Shown here: positions 29,834 through 41,064 of the stretch, one piece after another | Numbering within the stretch: position 1 is the first letter of the stretch | How the letters are laid out: every line of letters begins with the position of its first letter | Assembly: GCA_014132315.1 (NCBI GenBank) | Contig: BLZN01000104.1 | Coordinates: forward strand, 35,623-99,622 | DNA length: 64,000 nt | Reading direction: 5' to 3' | DNA from: Rickettsiales bacterium | GTDB lineage: Bacteria > Pseudomonadota > Alphaproteobacteria > Rickettsiales > BLZN01 | Made by a program: the position numbers and the translations under genes | Notes under the pieces: generated by a model | What the model was told of the DNA's origin: nothing | Databases searched by the model: none | Seen by the model: the letters and a program-made list of their open reading frames with translations, nothing else

Positions 29834-29878
29834 ATAATCCAGAAATATCGTCAAGGCCCTATCCGCCTGATCTCTAGT
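29834..29878 (+). repeat. relic second copy of the 3' end of the AI-2E transporter gene
   Basis: ataatccagaaatatcgtcaa is identical to 28685-28705, and the surrounding sequence is similar. It would encode IIQKYRQGPIRLISSA*, versus IIQKYRQSPIYSA* in the live gene. Confidence 0.7.
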
Positions 29879-29974
29879 GCCTAAGAACAAGTCATGAATT
29901 ATATCTGAATAATTTAAGTTAGTAACTTGACTATATAATGGTATAATTGTTTATGTGATATATATAAAACTTCA

Positions 29975-30810
29975 ATGATGAAATCACCAAAAGACATGAG
30001 CCTTGCTGAAATGAAGCAATATCTTACCAGCAAATATATAACAGCAGGAGAAAGGGAAAAATATTTACGGGAAGTAATTTCTCTTAATCTATCAATGTAT
30101 TTAGATCCAATATACCCCCTCATAAATGATTACGCACCTAGAGGCCATATCTCATCATAGGCTAGCAAATTTGTGCGAGAAGATCTCATAGGCATGTTTT
30201 ACAAGCAATGTAGACAGAAATTTTATCCTCTGCCCAAAGCCAGAACTGAAAAAAGTATGGCAGGAAAAGTTGGGGAGGAAGGCGAATACTTGTTCATTCA
30301 CTTTGATGATGAAAGAATACGCATAAGCATTAAAGAAGAAGCCTTAAGGCAAATCCAGCGGTTCAGCTGCCAAGTTTGGAAAACAATAATTCCTTGTATG
30401 CTTTTGCAAGACATCCTCAACATCATCACAGCTCATGAAGAATATAAAAATATCACAAATTCCATAAAGAATTGTTGAGCTCTCTAAAAAGAATGAATGA
30501 TGTTGATAGTGACGACAAGCAAGAGATTATAGATTATATAGTAAAGGGCCGTGTAATGATAAATGAAGATATTAAAATGGCATCTTGTAACCATGCACTC
30601 AAACGTTACTAGCTAGGTGATGAAGTCTATCAATATTTGCATGATATAAGGCTTCAAGCGTCCAAGATAAGGCATAACACTCTGCATCACCAACCTTCTA
30701 GTAAGTTGGAGGAGACAAGCGCCAATGATCAAGCTGAAAAATTAGAGGCAGATAATAGCTCTCCCTCTGATCCTTCTCTTCCTGATTTACAAAAGCCAAG
30801 ATTACGTTAA
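29975..30810 (+). pseudogene. fragmented orphan gene (~278 codons) broken by in-frame stops and a frameshift
   Basis: ORFs 29975..30160 and 30173..30478 are in the same frame, separated by a single TAG. A third piece (30493..30612) continues after another TAG, in one frame, to 30810. Confidence 0.5.
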
Positions 30811-30898
30811 TTATAATTAATACATATCTCGCTTAATATCATAGCTATATTAAGCGAGATCTTAATATTTAAACAGCTATGGAACTACTCATAATAAA

Positions 30899-32308
30899 TT
30901 AATCAATGTTATTATACTCATCAGTATAATTTCTAAATACAGTAGTGTTGTAGTCAAAAAATAACTTCGCGCTGCCAACGGGGCCGTTTCTCTGCTTGGC
31001 AACGATAATTTCAGACTGGTTGCGTATTTGTTCCATCCTAGCCTGCCATCTGTCATGCTGTTCAGTACCTTCAGGAGGCTGCTTTCTTCTTTCGTAATAT
31101 TCCTCCCGATAAATGAACATCACCACATCCGCATCCTGCTCAATACTGCCTGACTCACGCAAATCAGCCAGCTGGGGCCTTTTATCGTCCCTCAGCTCAA
31201 CTGCCCTGGAAAGCTGGGACAGCGCTACCACCGGAATGTTCATCTCTTTGGCAATAGCTTTCAAGCCTTGAGTTATCTCTGAGACCTCATTCACTCTATT
31301 ATCTGCACTAGACCTAGCCACACCACGGACTAACTGCAGATAGTCCACAAACAATATTGCCATATCATGCTGCCTGCATAGCTTTCTCGCCCTAGTGCGC
31401 AGACTGGAAATAGATATAGCCGGCGTGTCATCAACGTAAAAATCAAGCTTATCCAATACCCGTCTAGCTTTCACTACCTGTCCAAACTCGTCTTCATGCA
31501 GCGTACCCATTCTGAGCTTATTAGAGTTGAAACCTGACTCCATCGCCAGCATTCTGGTAGCAATTTGCTCAGCAGACATCTCAAGAGAAAAAACACCAAC
31601 TGACTTACCAGAATCAAGGTGCTTGCAGGCATTAACTGCTAGATTGATGGCAAATGCCGATTTGCCCATAGCCGGACGGCCTGCGACAATCAGCAAATCA
31701 GACTTCTGAAAACCGCCAAGCAACCTATTCAGATCAAAAAATCCAGTATCTATGCCAATCAGGTTACCTTTGTTGCTATAAGCCGTCTCAATGCTCTTGA
31801 GTGAAGCTGCAGTAAGATCAGCCAGGGAGGTAAAGGAGCGCTCACTGAAGCTTGAGGTGGCAAGATTAAAAATTTTTTGTTCTGCTGCCTCTATCCGGTC
31901 ATTTATCGTGGACTCTTCTTCTCCTTTGCCGGCATTATTGTATATATCCTCACCAATCCTCATCAGCTCACGCCTCAGAGCTAGCTCATATATAAGGCGC
32001 GCTAACTGTTCCACATTAACAATGGTGGTGGCAGCTTCAGCCATTGCAGCGAGATAATCGTCGATATCCTGCGGATCTTTTTCGTCTTTAAGAGCAGACT
32101 TTAGAAGCATAGGGGTCGTGGCGAGACCACATTCATTATGCTGCGCTATTTTAGCAAAAATACGCTGATGTATGGGGTCATAAAAATGCTTGAAGTTTAG
32201 CTTGTCCTCTATCTTCTCATAAAAATCATTGTTCATCATCAAAGCGCCTAAAAGCGCTTGCTCTGCTTCAACATTATGGGGATACTGCATTGCTTCTATT
32301 AACAACAA
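30899..32308 (-). CDS. dnaB: replicative DNA helicase
   Basis: PHNVEAEQALLGALM N-terminus, Walker A GRPAMGKSAFA, and LVDYLQL / SQLSR motifs. Confidence 0.95.
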   Translation of the reverse strand: MLLIEAMQYPHNVEAEQALLGALMMNNDFYEKIEDKLNFKHFYDPIHQRIFAKIAQHNECGLATTPMLLKSALKDEKDPQDIDDYLAAMAEAATTIVNVEQLARLIYELALRRELMRIGEDIYNNAGKGEEESTINDRIEAAEQKIFNLATSSFSERSFTSLADLTAASLKSIETAYSNKGNLIGIDTGFFDLNRLLGGFQKSDLLIVAGRPAMGKSAFAINLAVNACKHLDSGKSVGVFSLEMSAEQIATRMLAMESGFNSNKLRMGTLHEDEFGQVVKARRVLDKLDFYVDDTPAISISSLRTRARKLCRQHDMAILFVDYLQLVRGVARSSADNRVNEVSEITQGLKAIAKEMNIPVVALSQLSRAVELRDDKRPQLADLRESGSIEQDADVVMFIYREEYYERRKQPPEGTEQHDRWQARMEQIRNQSEIIVAKQRNGPVGSAKLFFDYNTTVFRNYTDEYNNID

Positions 32309-32329
32309 AAAACAAAAATATTAGTAAAA

Positions 32330-34042
32330 TTATCCTAACAGGCTTCTGATCCACTTCTTTGTTAGCATGTGAAAATTTATCTCACTCCCGTCAAAATCAT
32401 TGCCTCCCACGCCATCAAGCACATTATCATTGCAGCTATCATGCTCCTCCTGCGGAATGATTCTAAACTCCTCTGCTCCCAAACTAGAGTCTATAAACAC
32501 AGCAACAAAAACATTATATTTTTTTTCTAGGGCAAAAATATCCGAGCGCATATCATTCAACAGAAATACCGCCGCCTCCTGATTTGCAAATACATCAAAT
32601 TTAGCAGCTTTTTTGAGCGCGATATTGCCCTCCAGCGCCTTGAACAAGGTACCTGTAACTGATTCCGTTGTGCGCAGAATACCGCTGCCTTCACACAGGC
32701 TGCAGGGCCTGGCACTAATCTCAAAAAAGCTGGGCCCCATGCGCTGCCTTGACATTACCAGCAAACCAAGGGAATCTATCCGGCCGAGCTGCGTTTTTGC
32801 CTTATCCAGCTGCACCGCATTTCTCAGGGCATCCTCCACTGCATAGCGATGTTTATATTCTCGCATGCCAATAAAATCAATCACTATCAGGCCAGATAAG
32901 CCCCTAAGGCAGATCTGCCTGGCAATTTCTTCTGCAGCCTCTAAATTAGTTTTAAGCGCGGTTTCCTCAACGTTCTGCTCTTTTGTCATGCGACCAGAAT
33001 TAATATCTATGGCTATCAAAGCTTCTGTACGATTAATCACCAGATATCCACCAGACGCAAGCTCCGCCCTGTTAGAATACAAAGCTGTGATCTGCTCCTC
33101 AATCGCATATTGGGTAAATATCGGCACTTTACCATTATATCTTTTCACCTGTGAAATGGAATTTGGCACATATGATTTCACAAGATCCTTCGCCGTTTTG
33201 TGAGCTTCTTTGCCGCTTATCACCATCTTAGAGACGCTATCGTCAAATAGATCAAGCACTGTTCTTCTGATCAAGCTATTACCCTCGTATATCAAAGCAG
33301 AGGCAGTATTCGTTTCTAATTTTATTCTTTTTTCTGCTTTTATTTTAACTTCTTGCCATAGATTCATCAGATGATCATAATCTCTTTTAACTTCGACTGC
33401 GCTTCTTTTTAAGCCCGCGCTCCTGATGATAGCGCTCATGCCATCAGGAACACCCAAGCCATCCAGCACTGCTCTTAGAGCTCGTCTGCTTGCAGAGTTA
33501 GAAATTCTTCTGGATATGCCGCTTTGGTGTTCTGTGTTCGGCAGCAGCACACAACACCTGCCTACTAAAGATATATAGGTAGAGAATGTAACGCCCTTGT
33601 TGCCTCGCTGATCCTTTACAACCTGTACTATTACAGCCTGATCGCGTTTTATAAAATCTTGGATTCTTTCATGTATAGCACTCTTCTCATAGCTATAACC
33701 TCTCTCATCTTCATTATTCCAAGCAGTAGAATGCTCTGAATCCGCAGCTCTTCTCTCACCGCAGCTCTTCTCCAGAAATCTCTGACTATCAGCGTCAGAC
33801 ATCTGAAAGTAATCAACATGTATCTCTGAAAACGGCAGGAAACCTTGCTTCTCGGCGCCATAATCAACAAAGGCAGCTTGCAGAGAAGGCTCAATCCTAG
33901 TGATGTGACCCAGATAAATATTGCCTTTGAGCTGCAATTGTGACTGACTCTCATAATCAAAAGTGGTGATTTTACCATCCATTACAATCGCCACTCTTAT
34001 TTCACTTAAACGGGTCGCATCTACTAATATTTTTTTACTCAT
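32330..34042 (-). CDS. rne: ribonuclease E/G family endoribonuclease (catalytic domain only)
   Basis: S1 domain (GNIYLGHITRIEPSLQAAFVDYG), DNase-I-like region (ALIAIDINSG) and a Zn-link-like CSLCEGSG. Likely start is the ATG at 34042 (MSKKILVD). Confidence 0.88.
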   Translation of the reverse strand: MSKKILVDATRLSEIRVAIVMDGKITTFDYESQSQLQLKGNIYLGHITRIEPSLQAAFVDYGAEKQGFLPFSEIHVDYFQMSDADSQRFLEKSCGERRAADSEHSTAWNNEDERGYSYEKSAIHERIQDFIKRDQAVIVQVVKDQRGNKGVTFSTYISLVGRCCVLLPNTEHQSGISRRISNSASRRALRAVLDGLGVPDGMSAIIRSAGLKRSAVEVKRDYDHLMNLWQEVKIKAEKRIKLETNTASALIYEGNSLIRRTVLDLFDDSVSKMVISGKEAHKTAKDLVKSYVPNSISQVKRYNGKVPIFTQYAIEEQITALYSNRAELASGGYLVINRTEALIAIDINSGRMTKEQNVEETALKTNLEAAEEIARQICLRGLSGLIVIDFIGMREYKHRYAVEDALRNAVQLDKAKTQLGRIDSLGLLVMSRQRMGPSFFEISARPCSLCEGSGILRTTESVTGTLFKALEGNIALKKAAKFDVFANQEAAVFLLNDMRSDIFALEKKYNVFVAVFIDSSLGAEEFRIIPQEEHDSCNDNVLDGVGGNDFDGSEINFHMLTKKWIRSLLG

Positions 34043-34248
34043 ATTCGCATTCATCACTATCAGGGAATGCATGCACACAAAACATAAAGCCTCACCAAAA
34101 TTTATAAACAAATTTTATCAGCACAATATTAGTAGAATATTGCGGATAAATCAAAAATACATTGATCCTCTTAAAAGATTTTAAGAAAATAACTTTACAA
34201 GATAGCCCAATCGAACATAACATAAAAAATAATCAACATTGCACACAA

Positions 34249-35409
34249 ATGCTCAATATAAATATATTAACTGGGCTTATAAGCATGGCTATAGAGGCAT
34301 ATAATATTGCACTATATCCCTTCCTGGCGCCGCACCTGGCAGGTTTACTGTTCATCAACAAGTCAAATATTGCTGCTTATGGACTGCTTTTTCTGGGCTC
34401 ATTCCTTGCTGCTCCAGCCAGCGCAATATATTATGGCAGCCTGGGGGACACAAAAGGCAGGAGAAGGTCCTGCATAATTGCCTGCATAGGCCTCGCCGCT
34501 ACAACCGCAGCAATGGGGCTAGTACCGATCTTTAAGTTTTCCTGGCTGATATTTTTATTCCTAATTGGCCTGCAAAAATTTTTTTCTATGGGCGAATACT
34601 ACATCTCGGCAGTATTTTCCATAGAACACGGCAAAAAAAAAGGATCTATAAGTGGGCTTGGTTGTCTATTTTCAGTGCTAGGGATAATGCTGAGCAAAAT
34701 ATTAGCAGAATCAGCGATCTCATGGCGGATTTTATTTCTAACAGGCGCCATAGGCAGCCTAATCAGCTATATCTTCAAATATTATTGCCAAGAAACCCCG
34801 ACCTTCCTGAGAACAGAAAGGGACGTTGCTCTAGGGGCATTTATTCGAAGAGAATTCTGCAGAATCACAAAAACAGTGCTGGTTATCAGTTTTTTTGGCA
34901 CTATCTATGCATTTCTTTTTTTCTTCCTGCCGCTTGTCACTACAGGTAATATTGCAGGTACCCTCCTTTCTCTAGCACTATATGGAGTGATGTTGTTTAT
35001 ATCTGGTGTATTAGCAGACAAAATATCAATAGAAAAAACCATGACCTTAGGGTTGCTTTGCATAATTTTATTTATATTCCCTATCATGGTGCTGGCAAAA
35101 TCCCAGCCAATACCCGCAATGATCATCATCACCATATTTGCTTGTATTTTTATCGGGCCGCTCAACGCATGGATGACAAAACAATTCACACCGGAAATAA
35201 GATGCAGAGGAGTGATGATCAGCTCTGCGATTAAAAAATTATTATCCTCGCACATCACCACACCGCTGTGCCTGATAATCTATGAAAACAGCAACTCACT
35301 AGTGCTATGTGGTCTATATCCATTCCTGATGGCAATACTAGCACTGGCTGCGATGTATTCTGCTAAGATATTCAAATTAATCATGAATCAACAATACAAA
35401 TGCCTTTAG
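34249..35409 (+). CDS. MFS transporter
   Basis: About 12 TM segments and an MFS loop motif GSLGDTKGRRRS. Likely start is the ATG at 34249; the track ORF starts at 34162. Confidence 0.75.
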   Translation: MLNINILTGLISMAIEAYNIALYPFLAPHLAGLLFINKSNIAAYGLLFLGSFLAAPASAIYYGSLGDTKGRRRSCIIACIGLAATTAAMGLVPIFKFSWLIFLFLIGLQKFFSMGEYYISAVFSIEHGKKKGSISGLGCLFSVLGIMLSKILAESAISWRILFLTGAIGSLISYIFKYYCQETPTFLRTERDVALGAFIRREFCRITKTVLVISFFGTIYAFLFFFLPLVTTGNIAGTLLSLALYGVMLFISGVLADKISIEKTMTLGLLCIILFIFPIMVLAKSQPIPAMIIITIFACIFIGPLNAWMTKQFTPEIRCRGVMISSAIKKLLSSHITTPLCLIIYENSNSLVLCGLYPFLMAILALAAMYSAKIFKLIMNQQYKCL

Positions 35410-35417
35410 TAGATGAT

Positions 35418-36467
35418 TTATGGTGATGCAAATTTCGGGTCTTGCCTAGAAATAGCAGGATCCAACGCACTATCATCTATTGTTGTTGTCTCTTTCTTAT
35501 CTTGCTCTTTTTGCCTCTCTTGATATTCAAGTATATAATCAAGCTTTTGTCTTAAATCATCAAATTTGTTTTCTTTTATCTGACGCTTAGAATATTCAGT
35601 TAATTCTAGCTGCTTTGTTCCAAAACACAGAGGTGGAAGTAGGCCTATAGGTGTACGTTTCATTTCGTTATTACAAAGAGGCATCATCTCCTCTGCAACA
35701 AAATTAGCATCCCGCATTCTTTCTAACAAGAGCATAGCCAGCAATTTATGCAACCCTTTATTATAATATGGCTCTAGGATTTTTCCTTCTGCATCATTGT
35801 GAGTTGCTTTAAACAAGAGATCTTTTTGTGCCTTATCCAGAAGCTTTCCCTTCCTAGCTATATCTTCCGAATCTTTAAGAACTTTATCAAGGTCAGGAAC
35901 TTCTCTGTAAAGTTCTTTAAGATTTCGTAAATTAACTTGTTTAGATTCTAAGTCTTCTCCATTAAAAAGATACAATATACTTTGCCTAGGGTCTCTCTCA
36001 TTGCCATGATACAACTCTACATTACCATTAATATAACTCTCCATAATATCTAATAATACACTGAACAACGACCAACATTCCATATCAGCAGATTCACGCC
36101 TCTCTACAAATGAAACTTCAAGTAAGAATAAGTTTTGTAGGCCATAGATTTTGCATTCTCCGATGTCTAGAGTATTAGAAATGAATTGAGCAATATCTTC
36201 TAATCCTTCTGCGAGGATTACCTTATTACAAATGCCTTGAGTCATGCATGATGGTCGCTTTCTTTTACTCGGTATTCTTCTGTCTTTTCTTTCTTCGAAG
36301 TTTAGATCCTTATAAATGAATTCAATAATATTTTGTACTTTAAGGTATTCTTCTTTTCCGAGGATTGCCCTCCTACCAATGAATTTATCTAAATGCTGTG
36401 TTAAGTCCGAGAATTCCAGAAATGTATTACTAACATACCTGTTATTGGGAATTGGCTCCCTCATCAT
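35418..36467 (-). CDS. orphan 349-aa protein (candidate effector)
   Basis: Long intact ORF with no recognisable motif. Its start ATGATG overlaps the stop of the upstream 60-codon ORF. Confidence 0.55.
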   Translation of the reverse strand: MMREPIPNNRYVSNTFLEFSDLTQHLDKFIGRRAILGKEEYLKVQNIIEFIYKDLNFEERKDRRIPSKRKRPSCMTQGICNKVILAEGLEDIAQFISNTLDIGECKIYGLQNLFLLEVSFVERRESADMECWSLFSVLLDIMESYINGNVELYHGNERDPRQSILYLFNGEDLESKQVNLRNLKELYREVPDLDKVLKDSEDIARKGKLLDKAQKDLLFKATHNDAEGKILEPYYNKGLHKLLAMLLLERMRDANFVAEEMMPLCNNEMKRTPIGLLPPLCFGTKQLELTEYSKRQIKENKFDDLRQKLDYILEYQERQKEQDKKETTTIDDSALDPAISRQDPKFASP

Positions 36468-36646
36468 TGTTTTTGGATTACGATTTTCGCAGTATGATTC
36501 ATTTTTAACTCTAAATCTTCATCAAGCAAGGAGCTCATTTCATCATATAATGAAGTGATTTGCTGAATTAATTCCACAATGATGGCTGAGTTATCGTCAG
36601 GACTCTTCTGAGACCGCTGGATCAATGCATAGCATTTTTCCACCAA
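36464..36646 (-). CDS. 60-codon acidic helical ORF translationally coupled to the 349-aa ORF
   Basis: Non-ATG (TTG/GTG) start. The stop overlaps the downstream start (cAATGATGAgg). A TATAAT lies about 50 nt upstream on the minus strand. Confidence 0.35.
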   Translation of the reverse strand: MVEKCYALIQRSQKSPDDNSAIIVELIQQITSLYDEMSSLLDEDLELKMNHTAKIVIQKQ

Positions 36647-36844
36647 ATCCTCAAAAGTCCCGTGAATCTCGTGATGTTCTATCTCTAATGGTATAGTGTA
36701 TTATATAATGGTTACTACTTTAATAATATCTTACAAATATCAAAAATTCCTAAACCATTTTAGGCCTAAGATATGAATAAGTTAATAGTCTAATAATGAA
36801 CAATACACTTCCAAAATGCTATACCTAGTTCCAGATATATAAAT

Positions 36845-38776
36845 TTAAGACAATTCTGCTTTTATTTTCTTTTTTATCTTATCTCTCAGCTTTGCTGCCT
36901 TTTCAAAATTCAGTGCATCTGCTGCTGCAATCATCTGCTGCCTCAAGCTCTCTATGCTCGTCTCTTCCTCCGCTTCTTCTACCTCAGTAAAGGCATCAGA
37001 AATAGGCTTAAATATAGTCACAGGTAGGATATTATGTCGCTGATTGTGGGCGATTTGTTTCTCTCTCCTCCTTGCAGTCTCCGCCAAGGCATTCTTCAAA
37101 GATCCGGTCATCGCATCTGCATATAAAATTACCCTACCTTCCACATTACGTGCCGCTCTACCAATAGTCTGGATCAGGGAAATCTCAGAACGCAAAAAAC
37201 CTTCCTTGTCTGCATCCAGAATCGCCACCAGGCCGCACTCCGGGATGTCCAGACCCTCTCTCAGCAAATTCACCCCCACCAAAACGTCATAAGTGCCGCG
37301 GCGCAAATCATTGATGATTTCCACCCGCTCCAGGGTCTTGATATCAGAATGCAAATAAACCGCCTTGATATCTGCCTCCTGCATATATTCGGTCAGGTTT
37401 TCTGCCATCCGCTTAGTCAGCGTGGTCACTAGGACTCTCCTGTCTTTTTGCTGTTCCGCTTTGCATTGCTTCAGCAGATCTTCAACCTGCGTCTGGGCAG
37501 GCCTGACTAGACACTCAGGATCAACTATGCCAGTTGGCCTGATCACCTGCTCAACAAACTCTTCACCAGTTGCTGCGAGCTCATATTTACCAGGAGTAGC
37601 GGAAACAAAAATAGTTTGGGGACGCATCCCCTCCCACTCAGAAAATTTGAGCGGACGATTATCCAGAGCAGAAGGCAGGCGAAAACCATGCTCCACCAAT
37701 ATATTTTTTCTTGCCTGATCTCCATTATACATGCCGTTTACCTGCGGTACCGTAACGTGAGATTCGTCGATAAAAAGCAATGCATCCTTTGGCAAATATT
37801 CAAATAAGGTCGGTGGTGGCTGACCGGCACCTCTGCCTGAGAGATAACGAGAATAATTCTCAATGCCTTTGCAAGAGCCGGTTTCATGGATCATTTCCAG
37901 GTCAAAAGTCACGCGCTGCTCTATGCGCTGCTGCTCAATTAATTTATTCTGCTGAGAAAAATATTCCGTGCGTGCTTTTAGCTCCTGCTTAACTAGCTCG
38001 ACCGCCTGGTTCAGAGTAGGACGGGGAGTAACGTAGTGGCTATTAGCAAACACGGTAATTTCCTCCAGATCGAGCAGCTTCTGGCCAGTGAGCGCATCAA
38101 ATTCATGAATAGACTCCAGATTATCATCAAAAAAAGACAGCCTCCAGGCGACATTTTCATAATGAGAAGGAAATATATCCAAAATATCTCCTCTAATCCT
38201 AAATTGGCCGCGCTCGAAATCACCATCCTTATGCTTATATTGCAGCTCAGTCAGTCTCTTAGAAAGCTTGGTAATGTCAATTTGCATGCCGCGTCTCAAG
38301 GATATGGTCATCTGCAGATATAGCTCAGGCGCACCCAGGCCATATATGCAAGAAACGCTCGAAATCACCACCACATCTCTTCTCTCAAGCAGAGCACGAG
38401 TTGCAGAATGACGCAGCAGATCTATGTTTTTATTAACCAGCGCATCCTTATCAATAAAAGTATCGGTCCGCGGTATATAGGCCTCTGGCTGGTAGTAATC
38501 ATAATAAGAAACAAAGTATTCCACCGCATTTTCAGGAAAAAATGATTTCATTTCCATATAAAGCTGTGCAGCCAGAGTTTTGTTATGCGCCATGATTAGG
38601 GTTGGCCTTGAAAAAGCAGCAATGACATGTGCCATGGTAAAGGTCTTGCCAGATCCGGTGACTCCAAGCAGCACCTGGTCTTTTTTATTGCCTTGCACTC
38701 CTGCTATCAACTTTTTTATTGCCCGCGGCTGATCACCAGCAGGCTCAAAAGCTACTTTTAATTTGAAAATACTCAT
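36845..38776 (-). CDS. uvrB: excinuclease ABC subunit B
   Basis: Walker [11 protein letters not shown], helicase motifs ([14 protein letters not shown]) and a C-terminal UVR domain ([18 protein letters not shown]). Likely start is the ATG at 38776. Confidence 0.95.
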   Translation of the reverse strand: MSIFKLKVAFEPAGDQPRAIKKLIAGVQGNKKDQVLLGVTGSGKTFTMAHVIAAFSRPTLIMAHNKTLAAQLYMEMKSFFPENAVEYFVSYYDYYQPEAYIPRTDTFIDKDALVNKNIDLLRHSATRALLERRDVVVISSVSCIYGLGAPELYLQMTISLRRGMQIDITKLSKRLTELQYKHKDGDFERGQFRIRGDILDIFPSHYENVAWRLSFFDDNLESIHEFDALTGQKLLDLEEITVFANSHYVTPRPTLNQAVELVKQELKARTEYFSQQNKLIEQQRIEQRVTFDLEMIHETGSCKGIENYSRYLSGRGAGQPPPTLFEYLPKDALLFIDESHVTVPQVNGMYNGDQARKNILVEHGFRLPSALDNRPLKFSEWEGMRPQTIFVSATPGKYELAATGEEFVEQVIRPTGIVDPECLVRPAQTQVEDLLKQCKAEQQKDRRVLVTTLTKRMAENLTEYMQEADIKAVYLHSDIKTLERVEIINDLRRGTYDVLVGVNLLREGLDIPECGLVAILDADKEGFLRSEISLIQTIGRAARNVEGRVILYADAMTGSLKNALAETARRREKQIAHNQRHNILPVTIFKPISDAFTEVEEAEEETSIESLRQQMIAAADALNFEKAAKLRDKIKKKIKAELS

Positions 38777-40634
38777 ATCAAAGATATTATGCCACAATGA
38801 AGGAAAAATAATAAGTTGCACATCAGGCATAAAAGGGGCAATAATTTATGTTCAGAATGCTTTAAAATCTAGCTTACTATCTAATTATATCGACTAGATA
38901 AATTAATCCTGATCATTATAGTTAATAAATAAATTCTATACCAGAAATACCTAGCCCCGGATTTGCTGCAACTCGGCCAGACTCATATTAATCACAAAAG
39001 GGATTCTCGAGACAGATTCTGTGGCAATAACGCTGAGTTCTGCCTAGAAATCTGATAACATACCATCAAAAACTATCAAGCTCATCAAAATGCCAGCTTC
39101 CACCAGCAGAATTCAGGTTGTGCAAAACGTCATGATAGAAGCAACCACAGGCAAAATAAGAGGATATCTGAGTAGAGCAAATATTGCTATTCTTCTGAAA
39201 ATTTAGATGGTTCAAGGCCAATCTTCAAGGCAGGATTTGCAATCAGTATATTAGTCTGTAAAGATGCATATTTTCCAGCAATACCTTATTAACAGAAAAA
39301 GAACCGGCGCTTATCCTTCAAGAATGAGCTGCATATAAACTTCAAGTCATCATGCTTTCTTTGGCCGAGACAGCTGAGTTTTGATCCGGAGTGTTATCAC
39401 AGTATATTTTCGATGATATTTTGACCTACAGGCCGACGCATACTGACTAAGACCTAAAAAGGAGGGAAATTTATTGCTAGCTTTTCTCAAGGATATATCA
39501 TAGTTCCTCGCAACAGATCTAACAGATCCATCAAGAGCACATAGATTAGGTCTTTGCCAAAACGCACGAAAAGCCTGCAATACTTAGCATCAGCCAACAA
39601 TAATCTGTTGCTCAGAAATGACATAGCAGTGTAACAAGCAACATTTATGACCATCCCGCAGTACGCAGCAAAAGCACTATAACACGGCTATATAACTGTA
39701 AAGACACAAAAACCTGCTAGAAAATCCCAGAGAAGAACAAAGCTGGCTTATAAGAAAAAATTATTATTTATTGCCCGAAGCCACAAAAACCGGGAGAAAA
39801 AATTAACCTCCGATCTCACAAAAAAATGTCAATTCAGCCTCCGCATAAACCCAAATAATGTAGGTACGCCTTATTTATCATCCTTATTTATAATATAATT
39901 AAAGAAGATCATGGCAGCATAGACATGCCTAGGCAGATATTATTGACATGGTAACGAAGGCAGGTTGGTGTATATTCTTATCACTAAAGAGACCGAAATC
40001 TGCCACAGTGCTTGGATTCTGAAAAATAACGACAATATCAGAGAATAGAATTAAGCAAGCCTAGGGTTGGAAAATAAGGGTTTGGAAGGCTTAATTTTTA
40101 GCTAAATAAGCAATAGCAATCAGATAAAAGAAGGTACGGGCTGTGGATTACACCCAACCCTGAAAAAATACCACCAGGAAATAACAGCCGGATATGACAA
40201 TATAGCACCATGATTTCATGTAATTTGGGATATTTGCTAACGAAATGATATCGATCTTTGCCGATTATCTTTGCTTTAATAAGCAGGCAGCAAAAAACTC
40301 AGATTAAAGCAAGCTCCAATACCCTGCAATGGAATTCAGGGCTCTGCAGTGCCAATCAGAGAAGGATTGATAATTAGGCATTATCGATTCCTGAAAAGGA
40401 TTAAGCAAAACAAAGTTAGGACCAATACCCGAGCAAACTGGCAATCTATTGAACAATTTATCCTAAACGGCAAAGGCTACAAATGCAAATCTATTATCTA
40501 TAGCGCAGAGCAATTCCCAGAGAGCTGAAATACTAGAAGCAAAGCTGGATAAAGAGCAAGCAAAGTAACATTAAGATGCTAGGAATATTCCCTGAGTTGC
40601 TGCAAGATTTATAAGGATTTATAACACAAAACAT

Positions 40635-41063
40635 TTATCTTGCGGTACTTGTAAAAATCTCAAAATCAGCAAAGAAAAAACTAATCTCAAAATCAGCATT
40701 TTCCTCGCTATCAGAACCATGCACGGTGTTTTCTTCGATACTTAGACCGAATTCCGCCCTTATTGTCCCTTGTGCAGCATCTTTAGGGTCAGTTGCACCC
40801 ATAATCTTACGATATTCATAAATAGCATTGTCGCCTGCAAGCACCTGAACAACAACTGGCCCAGAAATCATATATTGCACCAGGCTCTCAAAAAAATTTC
40901 GATCTTTATGCACATAATAAAAATCTCTCGCTTGGTTTGCGCTCAAATGCAACATTTTTTGAGCAACCACCTTCAGCTTCGCCTGCTCGATTTTGGCAAT
41001 AACCTGTCCCAAAATATTGCGCTTGACCGCATCTGGCTTTAATATTGACAAAGTTTTCTGCAT
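40635..41063 (-). CDS. ndk: nucleoside diphosphate kinase
   Basis: [10 protein letters not shown] and NTVHGSDS (active-site His) motifs. GGAGA SD before the ATG at 41063. Confidence 0.92.
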   Translation of the reverse strand: MQKTLSILKPDAVKRNILGQVIAKIEQAKLKVVAQKMLHLSANQARDFYYVHKDRNFFESLVQYMISGPVVVQVLAGDNAIYEYRKIMGATDPKDAAQGTIRAEFGLSIEENTVHGSDSEENADFEISFFFADFEIFTSTAR

Positions 41064-41064
41064 A

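Noticed and set aside
36758-36773. Stem-loop cctaaa-ccat-tttagg downstream of uvrB.
   Set aside because: The stem is a weak, AT-rich 6 bp. It has a plausible T-run on the minus strand but is not convincing enough to call a terminator.
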